The notes: a model not told the origin generated them from the letters alone. A DNA stretch of 64,000 bases from an uncultured Nitrospiraceae bacterium (GCA_963730935.1 CAVSTP010000004.1:32001-96000); one strand, 5' to 3'. Positions 19,268 through 28,761 are shown, counted from the stretch's first letter. A program made the numbers and translations.

Positions 19268-19789
19268 ATGGACTGTGTGTTGTTTCGTCATGGTATTGCG
19301 GTGGAACGTGAGGAATGGGACGGACCGGACACCGACCGGCCGCTGACCGAACGCGGCGTCAAGCGCGTGTCGCAGGTGGCGGCGGGGTTGAGATGGCTGG
19401 AGGTGCAGCCCACCTACATTTTCTCGAGTCCGCTGGTACGTGCTCTGGAAACCGCCGATATTCTTCAGGCTTCCATGAGCATTGTGAGCGCGATCAAGCG
19501 TGTCGAGGAATTGCTACCGGATGCCAACCCGGAGCGGCTATTAGCCGTATTTCGCGATCTTCCGCCGGAATGCACTGTGTTATGCGTGGGTCATGAACCT
19601 CATCTTGGCCTGGCAGCCAGCATGATCCTTGCGGGAAAGCAGTCGTCGGCGTTTCCTTTCAAGAAGGCTGGCGCCTGCCTGATCGAACTGACCGAGCCTC
19701 CCAAGGTCGGCCGGGGAGTGCTGCGGTGGTGGATGGAACCGGGGCAATTAAGAGCGTTGGGAAAGAAGAAGGCGAAGCTGGAAGCCTAG
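19268..19789 (+). CDS. sixA: Phosphohistidine phosphatase SixA family
   Basis: FRHG, DRPLTERG, SSPLVRA.ETA, VGHEP; AAGGAG RBS. Confidence 0.88.
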   Translation: MDCVLFRHGIAVEREEWDGPDTDRPLTERGVKRVSQVAAGLRWLEVQPTYIFSSPLVRALETADILQASMSIVSAIKRVEELLPDANPERLLAVFRDLPPECTVLCVGHEPHLGLAASMILAGKQSSAFPFKKAGACLIELTEPPKVGRGVLRWWMEPGQLRALGKKKAKLEA

Positions 19790-19801
19790 ACGCTCTGCGC
19801 G

Positions 19802-20533
19802 CTAGAGCTGGGCATCTTCAACTACCGGCGCCGTTCGCGTGAGACCTTCCTCGGTAAGCAGCTGTTGAATCTTGGCACGCAGCTCGTCTTGGATGTCTTC
19901 AAGGGATTTGCGGGCATCCACGACCTCGAATTTGAACTCGACCGCCATTTTGTCGAATTCTTCGATCATCAGCGACTGATACTTTTTGAAGCTGTCGTAG
20001 AGATCATTCCCCAGCCGCAGGTCCATGCCGGATTCCCAATAGTTCATGGCCTTGGTTTCGATGACGCGCAAGGCGAGCGTTTCGACGTCGACGCGTAAAT
20101 AGCAGACCAGGTCCGGCACCAGTGCGAAGCCAAAGACATCTCTGATCCATTTGCGGTCGCTGCTGCGAACGAAGTCACGGGCAAAGGCGGTATAAATATA
20201 CCGGTCGGCCAGCACAATGAATCCGGACCGCAATGCCGGAATGATTTCGTGCTCCAGCCGGTCGGCGAAGTCTGTTGCATACAACAGGCTGAGCGACCAG
20301 CGATCGATCGTGTTGCCTTCCTTGGCGACCTCGATCGTTTTGGACATCAGATTTGATCTCGTCCAGCCGGTGGTGATGACCCCGTACCCCTGCACTTCGA
20401 GCCATTCCTGTAACAACTCGATGTGAGTGGAACGGCCGACGCCGTCGGTGCCTTCAATGGCAATCAGTTTGCCCTTGAGATCACTCGGATTTAGGTACGT
20501 CAAACCGTCGCCAAAATAGTGAGCGTCTCCCAT
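19802..20533 (-). CDS. Thymidylate kinase-like protein with variant P-loop (GTDGVGRST)
   Basis: LIAIEG P-loop with K>R; VLADRY motif. Confidence 0.8.
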   Translation of the reverse strand: MGDAHYFGDGLTYLNPSDLKGKLIAIEGTDGVGRSTHIELLQEWLEVQGYGVITTGWTRSNLMSKTIEVAKEGNTIDRWSLSLLYATDFADRLEHEIIPALRSGFIVLADRYIYTAFARDFVRSSDRKWIRDVFGFALVPDLVCYLRVDVETLALRVIETKAMNYWESGMDLRLGNDLYDSFKKYQSLMIEEFDKMAVEFKFEVVDARKSLEDIQDELRAKIQQLLTEEGLTRTAPVVEDAQL

Positions 20534-21230
20534 GAGTTCCCCGTCTTGGTTTGTAATCTTTCAAGGCCTCGTCTACGAGACGCCGCATGGCGTCCTGCTG
20601 TTGGGCGATGTCTTTGGTGGCATCCAGCGTGATGAGCTGATATTCGTCCACGATCTTGTCGTATTGCGCCAGGATGCGTGACTGGAAGATGCGGAAGCTT
20701 TCGGTCACGTCCTGACTCAGGTTCATGTCCATGCCGGCTTCATAGTACTTGAACTGCCCCCGCGTGCCGCCGAGCAGGCGCGAAATCGCCACCTCGATCG
20801 GGACCTTGAAGTAAAAGGCCATATCCGGCTTGATGGCAAAGCTGTACAGCTTGCGGACCCATTCGGATGAGACCCCGCGGACCACGTCGCGCGCAAAGGC
20901 CGTGTACATGTACCGGTCGGCCAGCACGAGCATGCCGGCTTTGAGCGGCGGAAGAATCTCGTGATAGAGGCGGCTCGCGAAATCGGTGGCATGCAGCAGA
21001 CTAAACGTGGTCGGGGTGAGACTCTTGTTCTTCTTCCCGCGCTTGGTCGTGTCCTTGACCAGTTCTGAAGAGTTCCATTCGGTGAAGAATACTTTATGAC
21101 CTTTTGATTCGAGCCACTTGTGCAAGAGGAGCAGTTGGGTGCTCTTTCCGGACCCGTCGATACCCTCGACGATGATCAACTTGCCCGGGTAGGGGTGGGG
21201 GGGAGTGCTGATTGGCGGCTGCTCGCTCAT
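20481..21230 (-). CDS. Thymidylate kinase-like protein with canonical P-loop
   Basis: EGIDGSGKST; VLADRY. Confidence 0.82.
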   Translation of the reverse strand: MSEQPPISTPPHPYPGKLIIVEGIDGSGKSTQLLLLHKWLESKGHKVFFTEWNSSELVKDTTKRGKKNKSLTPTTFSLLHATDFASRLYHEILPPLKAGMLVLADRYMYTAFARDVVRGVSSEWVRKLYSFAIKPDMAFYFKVPIEVAISRLLGGTRGQFKYYEAGMDMNLSQDVTESFRIFQSRILAQYDKIVDEYQLITLDATKDIAQQQDAMRRLVDEALKDYKPRRGTHGRRSLFWRRFDVPKSE

Positions 21231-22777
21231 GCCTCATCCTCCTGCGCCTTGAGTGTCAATTGTACCCGGCGACGGAAGATCCGTTCAAATAGGTCGGCCC
21301 TCCCCTTAGCGGCCCAGGCTTCCAATTCGGCATCGCCGGTCACATGCGCAATAATCTTGATAGTGGCGCCTATTTTAACATCCACCGTCTTAACGACGGA
21401 AAAGTGGGTGCGATCCAGACCGTCAGCGATCCGAAGGAGCGCCGACAGGACTCGAACCGAACGTTGCAGCTTCGGTGTGAGTGCGTCGAAGGTTTCATGC
21501 TTGCTGTGCGGATGCGCTCGCCGGTGGTAGCGGGCAATATTCGCGATCACCATAAGCTCTTCGGACGAAAGGCCGCCCAGCTCACTGTTGGTGATCAGGT
21601 AATACGTATGCTTGTGATGCGAGCGTTCGTTGATGAGGTACCCGATGTCATGAAGGATAGCCGCAAATTCGAGCCAGTCCCGTTCAGTGTCTCCCAGGTT
21701 ATGGAGCCGCTTCGTCTGGTCGAAGAGCCGCAAGGCGAGCGCGGCGACGTGGAGGCTGTGGGTTTCCGGCACCTGACAGCGGCGGGCCAAGGCCAGCACA
21801 TTACGGCGCCTCAAATCGGGAATTTCCGCTTCGGCCTTGATGCGTTCGCGGTGCCGTTCGATGAAATCGTAGATCACCCCTTCCCGGATGGCCTTGTCGC
21901 AGAGGATCAGCTCGTCACGTCCCGATAATTCCATCAGGCGGCGGATGACCATGGTGGCCGGGAACAATGTGTCCACACGTTTGGGGTCCAAGCCGGGGAT
22001 CGTGAGGCGTTCTTTGATCGTCGAGTTCCGCAGCGCCTGCTCGATTTCCTTCACCTCTTTCAGTGAGACGGTGGCGAGGTTGAGTTGGGGCAGGGGGCGG
22101 TTGTTTCGTCGCAGATGGATCACCTCGGCCATGTTGCCGGCCATTCCGGAGGTCGCGATGAGACTGTCGAAGCGCTTGGGTTTGAACCCTTGGAGCGTCT
22201 GCGTCAATTGCTCGCTCACGAGTTCTTCCAGGTCGTGCAACATTCTCTCGGACGGCGGCGTGCGCTGGAGGAATTGATCGGCGAGCCGGATGGCCCCAAG
22301 CTTGAGGCTCTTCGCGTCCAGCAACTGATCGCGATTGCCAGCCATGACCTCGACCGATCCACCGCCGACGTCGACCGCGAGTGCCGGTTGCTCCGTCATG
22401 GGCACGCTGTTCTTGATGCCCAAGAAAATCAATCGGGCTTCCTCTTCGCCGCTGATGACCCGAACCCTGAGGCCCGTCTGTTCTCTGACGAGATCGATGA
22501 AATCGCCGCCGTTCTTGGCTTCGCGCACCGCACTCGTGGCCACGGCGATGATCCGGTCGTAGCCTTTGTTCTTGGCGAGCGTGACCAAGCGGCCGATGAC
22601 GCTTAGCCCTCGGGCGATGGCCTCGTCGGACAGCCGCTGGGTCTCGAAGGCGCCGTTTCCCAGCCGGGCCATGTCTTTGAAGCGGTCGAGAATCTTGTAG
22701 GTGAAATCCGGTCGGACCTCGGCGATGACCATATGCACCGAATTGGTCCCGATATCGATGACGGCAATTTTTGACAT
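21227..22777 (-). CDS. ppx: Exopolyphosphatase, Ppx/GppA family, with HD domain
   Basis: IDIGTNS, ATSAVREAKN, EEARL, DVGGGSVE, LHDIG. Confidence 0.92.
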   Translation of the reverse strand: MSKIAVIDIGTNSVHMVIAEVRPDFTYKILDRFKDMARLGNGAFETQRLSDEAIARGLSVIGRLVTLAKNKGYDRIIAVATSAVREAKNGGDFIDLVREQTGLRVRVISGEEEARLIFLGIKNSVPMTEQPALAVDVGGGSVEVMAGNRDQLLDAKSLKLGAIRLADQFLQRTPPSERMLHDLEELVSEQLTQTLQGFKPKRFDSLIATSGMAGNMAEVIHLRRNNRPLPQLNLATVSLKEVKEIEQALRNSTIKERLTIPGLDPKRVDTLFPATMVIRRLMELSGRDELILCDKAIREGVIYDFIERHRERIKAEAEIPDLRRRNVLALARRCQVPETHSLHVAALALRLFDQTKRLHNLGDTERDWLEFAAILHDIGYLINERSHHKHTYYLITNSELGGLSSEELMVIANIARYHRRAHPHSKHETFDALTPKLQRSVRVLSALLRIADGLDRTHFSVVKTVDVKIGATIKIIAHVTGDAELEAWAAKGRADLFERIFRRRVQLTLKAQEDEA

Positions 22778-22890
22778 GATGGAGACGTTAGCAGCTCAAG
22801 AATTTGGCCATTGTAGATGAAATCGAGGGGCTTAGTGAAGAATGTTTCGTGGGTTGCAAATGTTAACTTTCTGTTACAATCCGCGCCCGT

Positions 22891-23760
22891 GTGGAGGGAA
22901 AGGTAGTGGTCGCTTCCCAATTTGTCTTGATCACGGGCGCTTCGACTGGAATCGGTGCCGCCTGCGCCATCGGGTGTGCAGAGCGCGGCATGACCGTGTT
23001 TGCCGGGGTCCGGAATCTCGCGGCCGGCGATGCGCTTCAGGCAAAGGCAGGTAAGGCAATCATTCCGGTCCAGCTGGATGTGACCGATGACGAATCCATC
23101 AAGAAAGCGGCTGACCTGGTGGCGCGTCACGTCGGGGAGGCAGGGCTGTCCGGTCTTGTCAATAACGCGGGGATTGCGATCGGCAGCCCATTGGAACTCA
23201 TCCCGCTCCAGCAGTTGCGCCGTCAGCTCGAAGTCAACGTCATCGGGCAGATCGCGGTGACTCAGGCGGTGCTTCCGTTGTTGCGCCGGTCACACGGCCG
23301 CATCGTCAACATGGGCTCGATTGCGGGCCGCGGGACCATTCCGATGATGGGTCCCTATTCGGCGTCGAAACACGCCTTGGAAGCGCTGACCGATGCATTG
23401 CGCCTGGAACTCTATCCGTGGGGTATCGAGGTGTCGATCATCGAGCCGGGCGCCGTCGCCACGCCGATTTGGGACAAGTCGATGCAGGTCTCGCTGGATG
23501 TCGAATCGGAGATGCCGGCTGACGGCAGGCATCTCTATAAGCTTGCTGCCGAGCAGATCAGAGAGGCAGTGGGACTCTCTGCGCGGCGGGCGATTCCGAC
23601 GGATGCGGTGGTGCAGGCGGTGCTGCATGCCCTCACGGCCAGACGGCCGAAAACACGCTATCTCGTCGGCCGAGATGCGAAGCTGCGGGCCGTCATGGTG
23701 AGATGGCTTCCGGATCGGATGCAAGATTGGATACTTAAAAAGGTTCTTAATCTCCCCTGA
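22891..23760 (+). CDS. Short-chain dehydrogenase/reductase
   Basis: TGASTGIG, NNAG, YSASK. Confidence 0.92.
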   Translation: MEGKVVVASQFVLITGASTGIGAACAIGCAERGMTVFAGVRNLAAGDALQAKAGKAIIPVQLDVTDDESIKKAADLVARHVGEAGLSGLVNNAGIAIGSPLELIPLQQLRRQLEVNVIGQIAVTQAVLPLLRRSHGRIVNMGSIAGRGTIPMMGPYSASKHALEALTDALRLELYPWGIEVSIIEPGAVATPIWDKSMQVSLDVESEMPADGRHLYKLAAEQIREAVGLSARRAIPTDAVVQAVLHALTARRPKTRYLVGRDAKLRAVMVRWLPDRMQDWILKKVLNLP

Positions 23761-23800
23761 AGTGGGGATCCGGCTGAGTGACGCGCTTTGCGCGCCTCAG

Positions 23801-23926
23801 GCAGGATGTTCAAAAAGCACGTTCAGCGAGGCCGCAGCGAGCGCAGAGGCGAATCGTACTTTGAGCTGTACGTTGAGCCTCTAAGTGATGCGAGAACGAC
23901 GCTGGCGGGCTTTTTCAACAGCCTGC
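23801..23926 (-). repeat. ~125-bp palindromic repeat (MITE/REPIN-like), copy 1
   Basis: Terminal inverted arms GCAGGATGTTCAAAAAG / CTTTTTCAACAGCCTGC; core shared with the 28639 and 47915 copies. Confidence 0.9.
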
Positions 23927-24339
23927 TAGCCGACCAGGTCGGGGTTGAGTCTATTGAGCGACTTGATGGAGAGCGCCTTGATCTCGTTATAGATGATCGT
24001 GCGCCCCGCCTGGCGGAGACGTGAGAAGATGCCCTCGACGATGACTTGATCGCCTTCCTTCACTTCGACCTGCCCAAGACCGATGACTTTCACGGTTCCC
24101 GACGTGTCCTTGAGGAGGAACCCGTATGCCGGTTGGCCCTGCCGGTTGGTGGCCAGCTGCACGTTGGTCACCTGCCCGGAGACGACGACTTCCTGCCGGT
24201 CATATTGATCGGGATGCGCGATGATGTCGGCTAGATCCAGGAGACTGACCGCATACACGGAGTTCGAGAACAGGACGCAGCCCATTAACAGGAGCGCAAC
24301 CGACAAGATGGCTCTGAAGGGCTGTCCTGAGGTTGCCAT
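23926..24339 (-). CDS. Exported OB-fold hypothetical protein
   Basis: Signal peptide; YDRQEVVVSGQV, LKDTSGTV, GDQVIVEG OB-fold pattern. Confidence 0.65.
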   Translation of the reverse strand: MATSGQPFRAILSVALLLMGCVLFSNSVYAVSLLDLADIIAHPDQYDRQEVVVSGQVTNVQLATNRQGQPAYGFLLKDTSGTVKVIGLGQVEVKEGDQVIVEGIFSRLRQAGRTIIYNEIKALSIKSLNRLNPDLVG

Positions 24340-24383
24340 GGTAGAACTCATAATAGCCGAGGATCGAAAATTTGCAAGGGGAA

Positions 24384-25580
24384 CTACCATTTGCCGCCAC
24401 CGGTAAGATCGGGATGTGGTTCGCCGAACATGCTCTTGAGCACGTGTTCCTTCATCTCATTGGTGGCCGGTTCGGCGGGCTTTTCAAGCAATTCGACCGA
24501 CTCCTCATGGGCCTTGGGCGTGCTGCGCGCCAGCATGGCTTCGTCGAGCGCTTCGGGCGATGAATCGAAGTCATTAAGGATGGCGGCCAAACGTTGAAGC
24601 CCGAAAAGGCTGCGGGTGATCTCTGCATGGACCGCATTTGAGCTGCCGCCTTGGACGAGTGAGAGCCAAAACTTCGCTTCCACATCTTCGTTGAGAGTCC
24701 CCCCGGCCAGCGTCGACAACTTTTCGAGGAGTTGCGTTTCCGTGCGTTCGAGGCCGTCGTAGGCAGACATCGACCGCTCGACAGGGCGAGTGGCCAGGAC
24801 GGCGAATGTCTCCTTCCACAAATCGACGGGCGGACTCTGCGATCCTGCTGCCGGAGCGCCGCGCTGGAGTGCGGCTTGTAAGGCCTGTAAGTACTGGGTC
24901 ATGTACTTGACCTTTCGCGCCGCCAGGCTTCCGGCGGGAAGTCCCCAAATATGACAGACCTCATGATCTTGAAGGGAAGCGAAGTCGGCAGTCTGCCGTT
25001 CGCGCTCGGCGACGTCGAGCCGCTTGCGATATTTGTCGGCGAGGCGAAGATGGGTCTGCAAGTCGATGCTCAGCCGCTGCTGCTGATATTGCTCAACGGT
25101 CAATTCGCGCGCCTCCCACCGCTGATCGAGAGCCCGAAGCGCCGGTTTTGGCAGCGCGGTGCGCGCTTGGTCCTTGAGTTGGGCGATCGCGTCAGAAGCC
25201 ATGCCGAACTTGGTCGTCAATAATTCAGCCGCCCGGTCGGCCATGGCCATCCGGAGCCCTGCCAGCTTGGCCAGACTGTCGCACTGTAATCTCGTCCGCT
25301 CGCGTTTCAGCCGCACATGCCGCAGATACTGGTCGCGCTTCTCGGTGACCGACCTGATAGCGTCCTGTGTCAAAACATTATGGGTGGGTTTGGAGCCGGC
25401 CACGCACCGAGGATCCGGCCGATCCGCGGTCATGTACTGAATTTCTTCGTCGGTCACGTCGAAATGCTGGAGCAGGATCAAGCGCAGCATGATCCTGCCC
25501 TGGATGGGCAGGCTGCTGATAACCGATTCGATCAGCTCAGGAGTGAGCGGTGAAGCAGAGGGGGCGGTTGTTGTTGTCAT
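24384..25580 (-). CDS. Hypothetical alpha-helical protein with sigma-70 region-4-like segments
   Basis: 398-aa ORF; SLPIQGRIMLRL...TDEEI and DHEVCHIWGLPAGSLAARK. Confidence 0.7.
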   Translation of the reverse strand: MTTTTAPSASPLTPELIESVISSLPIQGRIMLRLILLQHFDVTDEEIQYMTADRPDPRCVAGSKPTHNVLTQDAIRSVTEKRDQYLRHVRLKRERTRLQCDSLAKLAGLRMAMADRAAELLTTKFGMASDAIAQLKDQARTALPKPALRALDQRWEARELTVEQYQQQRLSIDLQTHLRLADKYRKRLDVAERERQTADFASLQDHEVCHIWGLPAGSLAARKVKYMTQYLQALQAALQRGAPAAGSQSPPVDLWKETFAVLATRPVERSMSAYDGLERTETQLLEKLSTLAGGTLNEDVEAKFWLSLVQGGSSNAVHAEITRSLFGLQRLAAILNDFDSSPEALDEAMLARSTPKAHEESVELLEKPAEPATNEMKEHVLKSMFGEPHPDLTGGGKW

Positions 25581-25593
25581 AAGTTAGTGCTTT

Positions 25594-25806
25594 TCAGGCG
25601 GTGCCGGTTTGTTGAGATTCCAAGTAGAGTGCCACATGTTCACGAATTTGCTGGACGGTTCCGGTCGAAAACAGCTCGCGGGGAATTTCCACTCGGGTGA
25701 GCGTGGCAGGATCGACCCCTCGTTCAGCTGCATATTCTTCGTCGATATACAGGCTGACCGACCCGTCAGCATGGCGTATGGCGTACAGGGCGTCGTTCTC
25801 GGACAT
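25594..25806 (-). CDS. Small acidic hypothetical protein
   Basis: AGAGGG RBS and ATG; same strand and closely spaced with the downstream gene. Confidence 0.65.
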   Translation of the reverse strand: MSENDALYAIRHADGSVSLYIDEEYAAERGVDPATLTRVEIPRELFSTGTVQQIREHVALYLESQQTGTA

Positions 25807-25882
25807 ACCCTCTGCAAAGCCTCCCCACGTAACTATCTACAGGTAACATAGGGGGAAAGTGGGTGTCAAAACAGGATGGGGG

Positions 25883-26433
25883 GAAGGCGGACGGTCGCCC
25901 TCTGCTCAAGCGATGGTAAAAACCGCGTGGCCCAGGTCACTGCTTGGCTCCGCAACTTGTTCCGTCCTGGACTTCGTCCGAACGGAACTTCGAACAGTGC
26001 GTCTCGCCATCGCCAAGAGGCGACCGCAGCGACCGGGCCACGCACCCATCGCAAGTCGCGGGAGGCGACCATCGCCTTCTCAGGATAGGAATCGAGCAAG
26101 CTTGGTGGGATCACCCAACATCGGCATCGCCAGCCAGGGGCTGGTCGCATCTGATCGACAAGTGTGGTACCCGAGCCTGCAGCATGTCGCAAGAGAGACA
26201 CCCTCTCGGGCACCTTTTAAATAGTACGTGAAGAATCGCCATCGCCGCTTGGGAAAAGGGCGCGTCTCGGGTAAACGATTGCAAAGCAATCGGTGGGAGG
26301 GTGGGTGAAAAGGATCGACCGGGGTTGGGCGGGTGAGAAAGACTGCGCAGCAACCGGGCCACGCACCCATCGCAAGTCGCGGGAGGCGACCATCTGCCTT
26401 CTCGAGAGGAATCGAGCAAGCTTGGAAGGATCA
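25883..26433. repeat. Compound structured intergenic element: one inverted arm and two ~88-bp direct copies
   Basis: 26025-26113 matches 26346-26433; 25883-25943 is an imperfect reverse complement of both. Confidence 0.85.
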
Positions 26434-27087
26434 TTTTGTAGATGATTTCAGCAGAATGTCCCGACGCCAGACAATATAGATGGTGGATAGGACGACGGCG
26501 GCAAGGAGCGCGTTTCGGATCCGACCCGGGCCAAAGCAGGCGAGATTGACCATGCCGTTCGTAAACCCGTAGGCGGCATAGACGAGATAGATGAAGAACG
26601 CCCAGCGGGTGAGTTTTACGAACCCGTATCCGACTGCCACGTGGAGCGCGGGTGAGATGGCCTTGGTGAGAAATCCCGGAATGCCACCCGGCTTGGTGCA
26701 ATAGAACGGCAGCAGATAGTCGAAATTCTCGAGGATGATGATCGTGTCGTTCAACGCACTGATCAGCAATAAGACCCCGAGAAAACGGATATCGTGGCCG
26801 CGCTGCCATGCGGTACGGAACGTCCGCTGCCAACTTGAGCTGTCGGCACTGGCTCCCAGATAGGCGTCATAGGCTTGCAGCGCCCACCACGGCAGGGCCA
26901 GGACCATGAAGAAGAACACTTCGGCCCCGCGTCCGGACACCCGGCCGAGCATCAGGCTCGCGCTGACGAGCGCTACAGTGCAGAGGGCGGCCGCCGCGGC
27001 TTGCCGGTAACGGTGTTGCAGGAGTTGTCCCAGTCCGGGAAGAAGGAGGGAACAGAGCGCGGCGCGAACGTCACTGGATTCAGACAT
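26431..27087 (-). CDS. Multi-pass membrane hypothetical protein
   Basis: SLLLPGLGQL N-terminal motif; about 6-7 hydrophobic segments. Confidence 0.75.
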   Translation of the reverse strand: MSESSDVRAALCSLLLPGLGQLLQHRYRQAAAAALCTVALVSASLMLGRVSGRGAEVFFFMVLALPWWALQAYDAYLGASADSSSWQRTFRTAWQRGHDIRFLGVLLLISALNDTIIILENFDYLLPFYCTKPGGIPGFLTKAISPALHVAVGYGFVKLTRWAFFIYLVYAAYGFTNGMVNLACFGPGRIRNALLAAVVLSTIYIVWRRDILLKSSTK

Positions 27088-27096
27088 GGGGAAATG

Positions 27097-27127
27097 AAAA
27101 AGGCCTTCGATCGTATGATCGAAGGCC
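27097..27127 (-). terminator. Intrinsic terminator downstream of chdC
   Basis: GGCCTTCGATC-GTAT-GATCGAAGGCC perfect stem with a T-run on the minus strand. Confidence 0.8.
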
Positions 27128-27169
27128 CTTCATCATGACGAGCATCTTGTCTAGCTTGGGCAGACGAGC

Positions 27170-27889
27170 CTAGCCGCCGAGGGTATCCAGCGCTTCTTTC
27201 AGGCTGCCGCGAATGCAGGTGAAGATGGGCGTATCGCGCAAGGTATACCGGGAGCCTTCCGTTTCCCGCAGAGCCATCACCAGATCGAGGAAGTCTTCGG
27301 GTTTGTCGCTCTCAAACGCCACGACCCATTCCTGATCGTCGAGGCCGAAGGAATAGGTGGTGTTGAGCTTGACGGAAGGGAAGCGGTGGCCCACTTCGAT
27401 ATGTTCATCCATCATGCCTTGACGAGCGGCCTTTGTGAGGAGGAACCATTCGCGGGTCTTGAGGAATGGATAGACGAAAATGTATTTGGCTTTTCCGGGG
27501 ACGACGGTCAGGCGTTTGCTTTCCTGCCCTTCGTGCGTGTGATGATCGACATAGATCGATCGCTTCGTCATGGACAAATACGAATAGGGAGTGGTGAGAT
27601 ACTTGCCCAAGCCGGACGCGAGCATTTTGGAAGTCATCTGCTGGAAGAGTTCGAGTTCGTAGCTGATGCGCCAGAGCATGATGTCGCAATCACCACGAAT
27701 ACCCACGGTGGAATACGGAATCACCAGCACCTTGCCGGCATAATCCTCAATCGCACGGATGAATTCCTGTTTGCCTTTTGCGCGCTCGTCTTCCGGCAAA
27801 CGACGCCACGCCGGGTCGAGCTTATAGAACGCGAAGTTGACGTACTGGCGTTTGGGTGTCTGAGATGGTTGCTGTTCGGGGGCTGCCAT
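27170..27889 (-). CDS. chdC: Chlorite dismutase-family protein, most like coproheme decarboxylase ChdC/HemQ
   Basis: YPFLK motif, MMDEH proximal His, TYSFGLDDQEWVVAF; no signal peptide; GGAGGAG RBS. Confidence 0.75.
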   Translation of the reverse strand: MAAPEQQPSQTPKRQYVNFAFYKLDPAWRRLPEDERAKGKQEFIRAIEDYAGKVLVIPYSTVGIRGDCDIMLWRISYELELFQQMTSKMLASGLGKYLTTPYSYLSMTKRSIYVDHHTHEGQESKRLTVVPGKAKYIFVYPFLKTREWFLLTKAARQGMMDEHIEVGHRFPSVKLNTTYSFGLDDQEWVVAFESDKPEDFLDLVMALRETEGSRYTLRDTPIFTCIRGSLKEALDTLGG

Positions 27890-27940
27890 GAACTCCTCCG
27901 TGTGACGTCTTGATCGAAAAGAACGAACTGAAGAACCAAT

Positions 27941-27970
27941 TCTGTACCACTTCGACTTTTGTTTTGTCAA
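27941..27970 (-). promoter_or_regulatory. Putative sigma70 promoter for chdC
   Basis: TTGACA-18 nt-TACAGA with TG upstream of the -10. Confidence 0.45.
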
Positions 27971-28034
27971 CGGTCGCGAGGGCTCTAAGCCCGCTCGTTG
28001 ACAGGTAAAAACCGATTCTGTTAGTGCCTTGGCT

Positions 28035-28637
28035 ATGAAGGGCGCATTACGGCACATGACCGCGGCCGTCGGGGCGTCCTCCCTTGCGGTTTTTGCAGCG
28101 ACCGTAGTGTGTGCGATCGAGATCCAACCATCCCAGCAGGAGATCCGCGCCGCGCTTGATCGCGGAGCCGATGCGGCCAAAGAGCATCGCCCGCCGGATA
28201 CCTTCTATACCCGCTTCGGCGCCACCGATGAGCTGCATCCACGCGGGTTTCTGATTACAAAGCTCGCCGCACTTTCCGTCATGGCTACACACATGGGACT
28301 GCGAGGGATCGAACCCGCAGAGGCCGATATTGCCCAGGCGCTTGAGGGCAAGACCATGCTGGTCAGTGCTACTATTTTCGGTAATGTTGGCAACTTTGCC
28401 GTCGACAGTTACATGGTGCTCGACCAGTCTGGCAAAACCATCAAGCCCGTGACCGTGCGGTTCGACGGGATGGCGAGCCGCAGTGCCGCCTATCCTGAGC
28501 CACCGCGCTTCAAAGCCAAAGTCGTGGCCTCCTTTGCTTACGCCGACTTCGATCCGACAGCACAAACCACGATTTCCATCTTTCCCGCCAACGGCGGTGA
28601 GGTGACGTTTCCTCTGGATTTTTCTCAGATCAAGTAG
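28035..28637 (+). CDS. Exported hypothetical protein
   Basis: Signal peptide ending VCA; TTGACA upstream at 27998. Confidence 0.7.
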   Translation: MKGALRHMTAAVGASSLAVFAATVVCAIEIQPSQQEIRAALDRGADAAKEHRPPDTFYTRFGATDELHPRGFLITKLAALSVMATHMGLRGIEPAEADIAQALEGKTMLVSATIFGNVGNFAVDSYMVLDQSGKTIKPVTVRFDGMASRSAAYPEPPRFKAKVVASFAYADFDPTAQTTISIFPANGGEVTFPLDFSQIK

Positions 28638-28638
28638 T

Positions 28639-28761
28639 CAAGGTGATGAAAATGACCGCCAGCTTTGTTCTCGCATCGCTTAGAGGCTCAACGTACGACT
28701 CAAAGTACGCTTCGCCTCTGCGCTCGCTTCGGCCGCGCTGGCGGCCATTTTGACCACCTTG
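28639..28761 (+). repeat. ~125-bp palindromic repeat, copy 2
   Basis: Arms CAAGGTGATGAAAATG / CATTTTGACCACCTTG; shared core TTGTTCTCGCATCGCTTAGAGGCTC. Confidence 0.9.

Noticed and set aside
19802..21230. Calling the two kinases tmk
   Set aside because: Tandem paralogues, one variant P-loop and ppx/sixA context argue against housekeeping dTMP kinase
25883..26433. CRISPR array, or protein-coding ORFs 25859..26224, 25866..26213 and 26111..26833
   Set aside because: Only two long direct copies, no regular spacers and no cas genes; the ORFs are translations of repeat DNA or overlap a better gene
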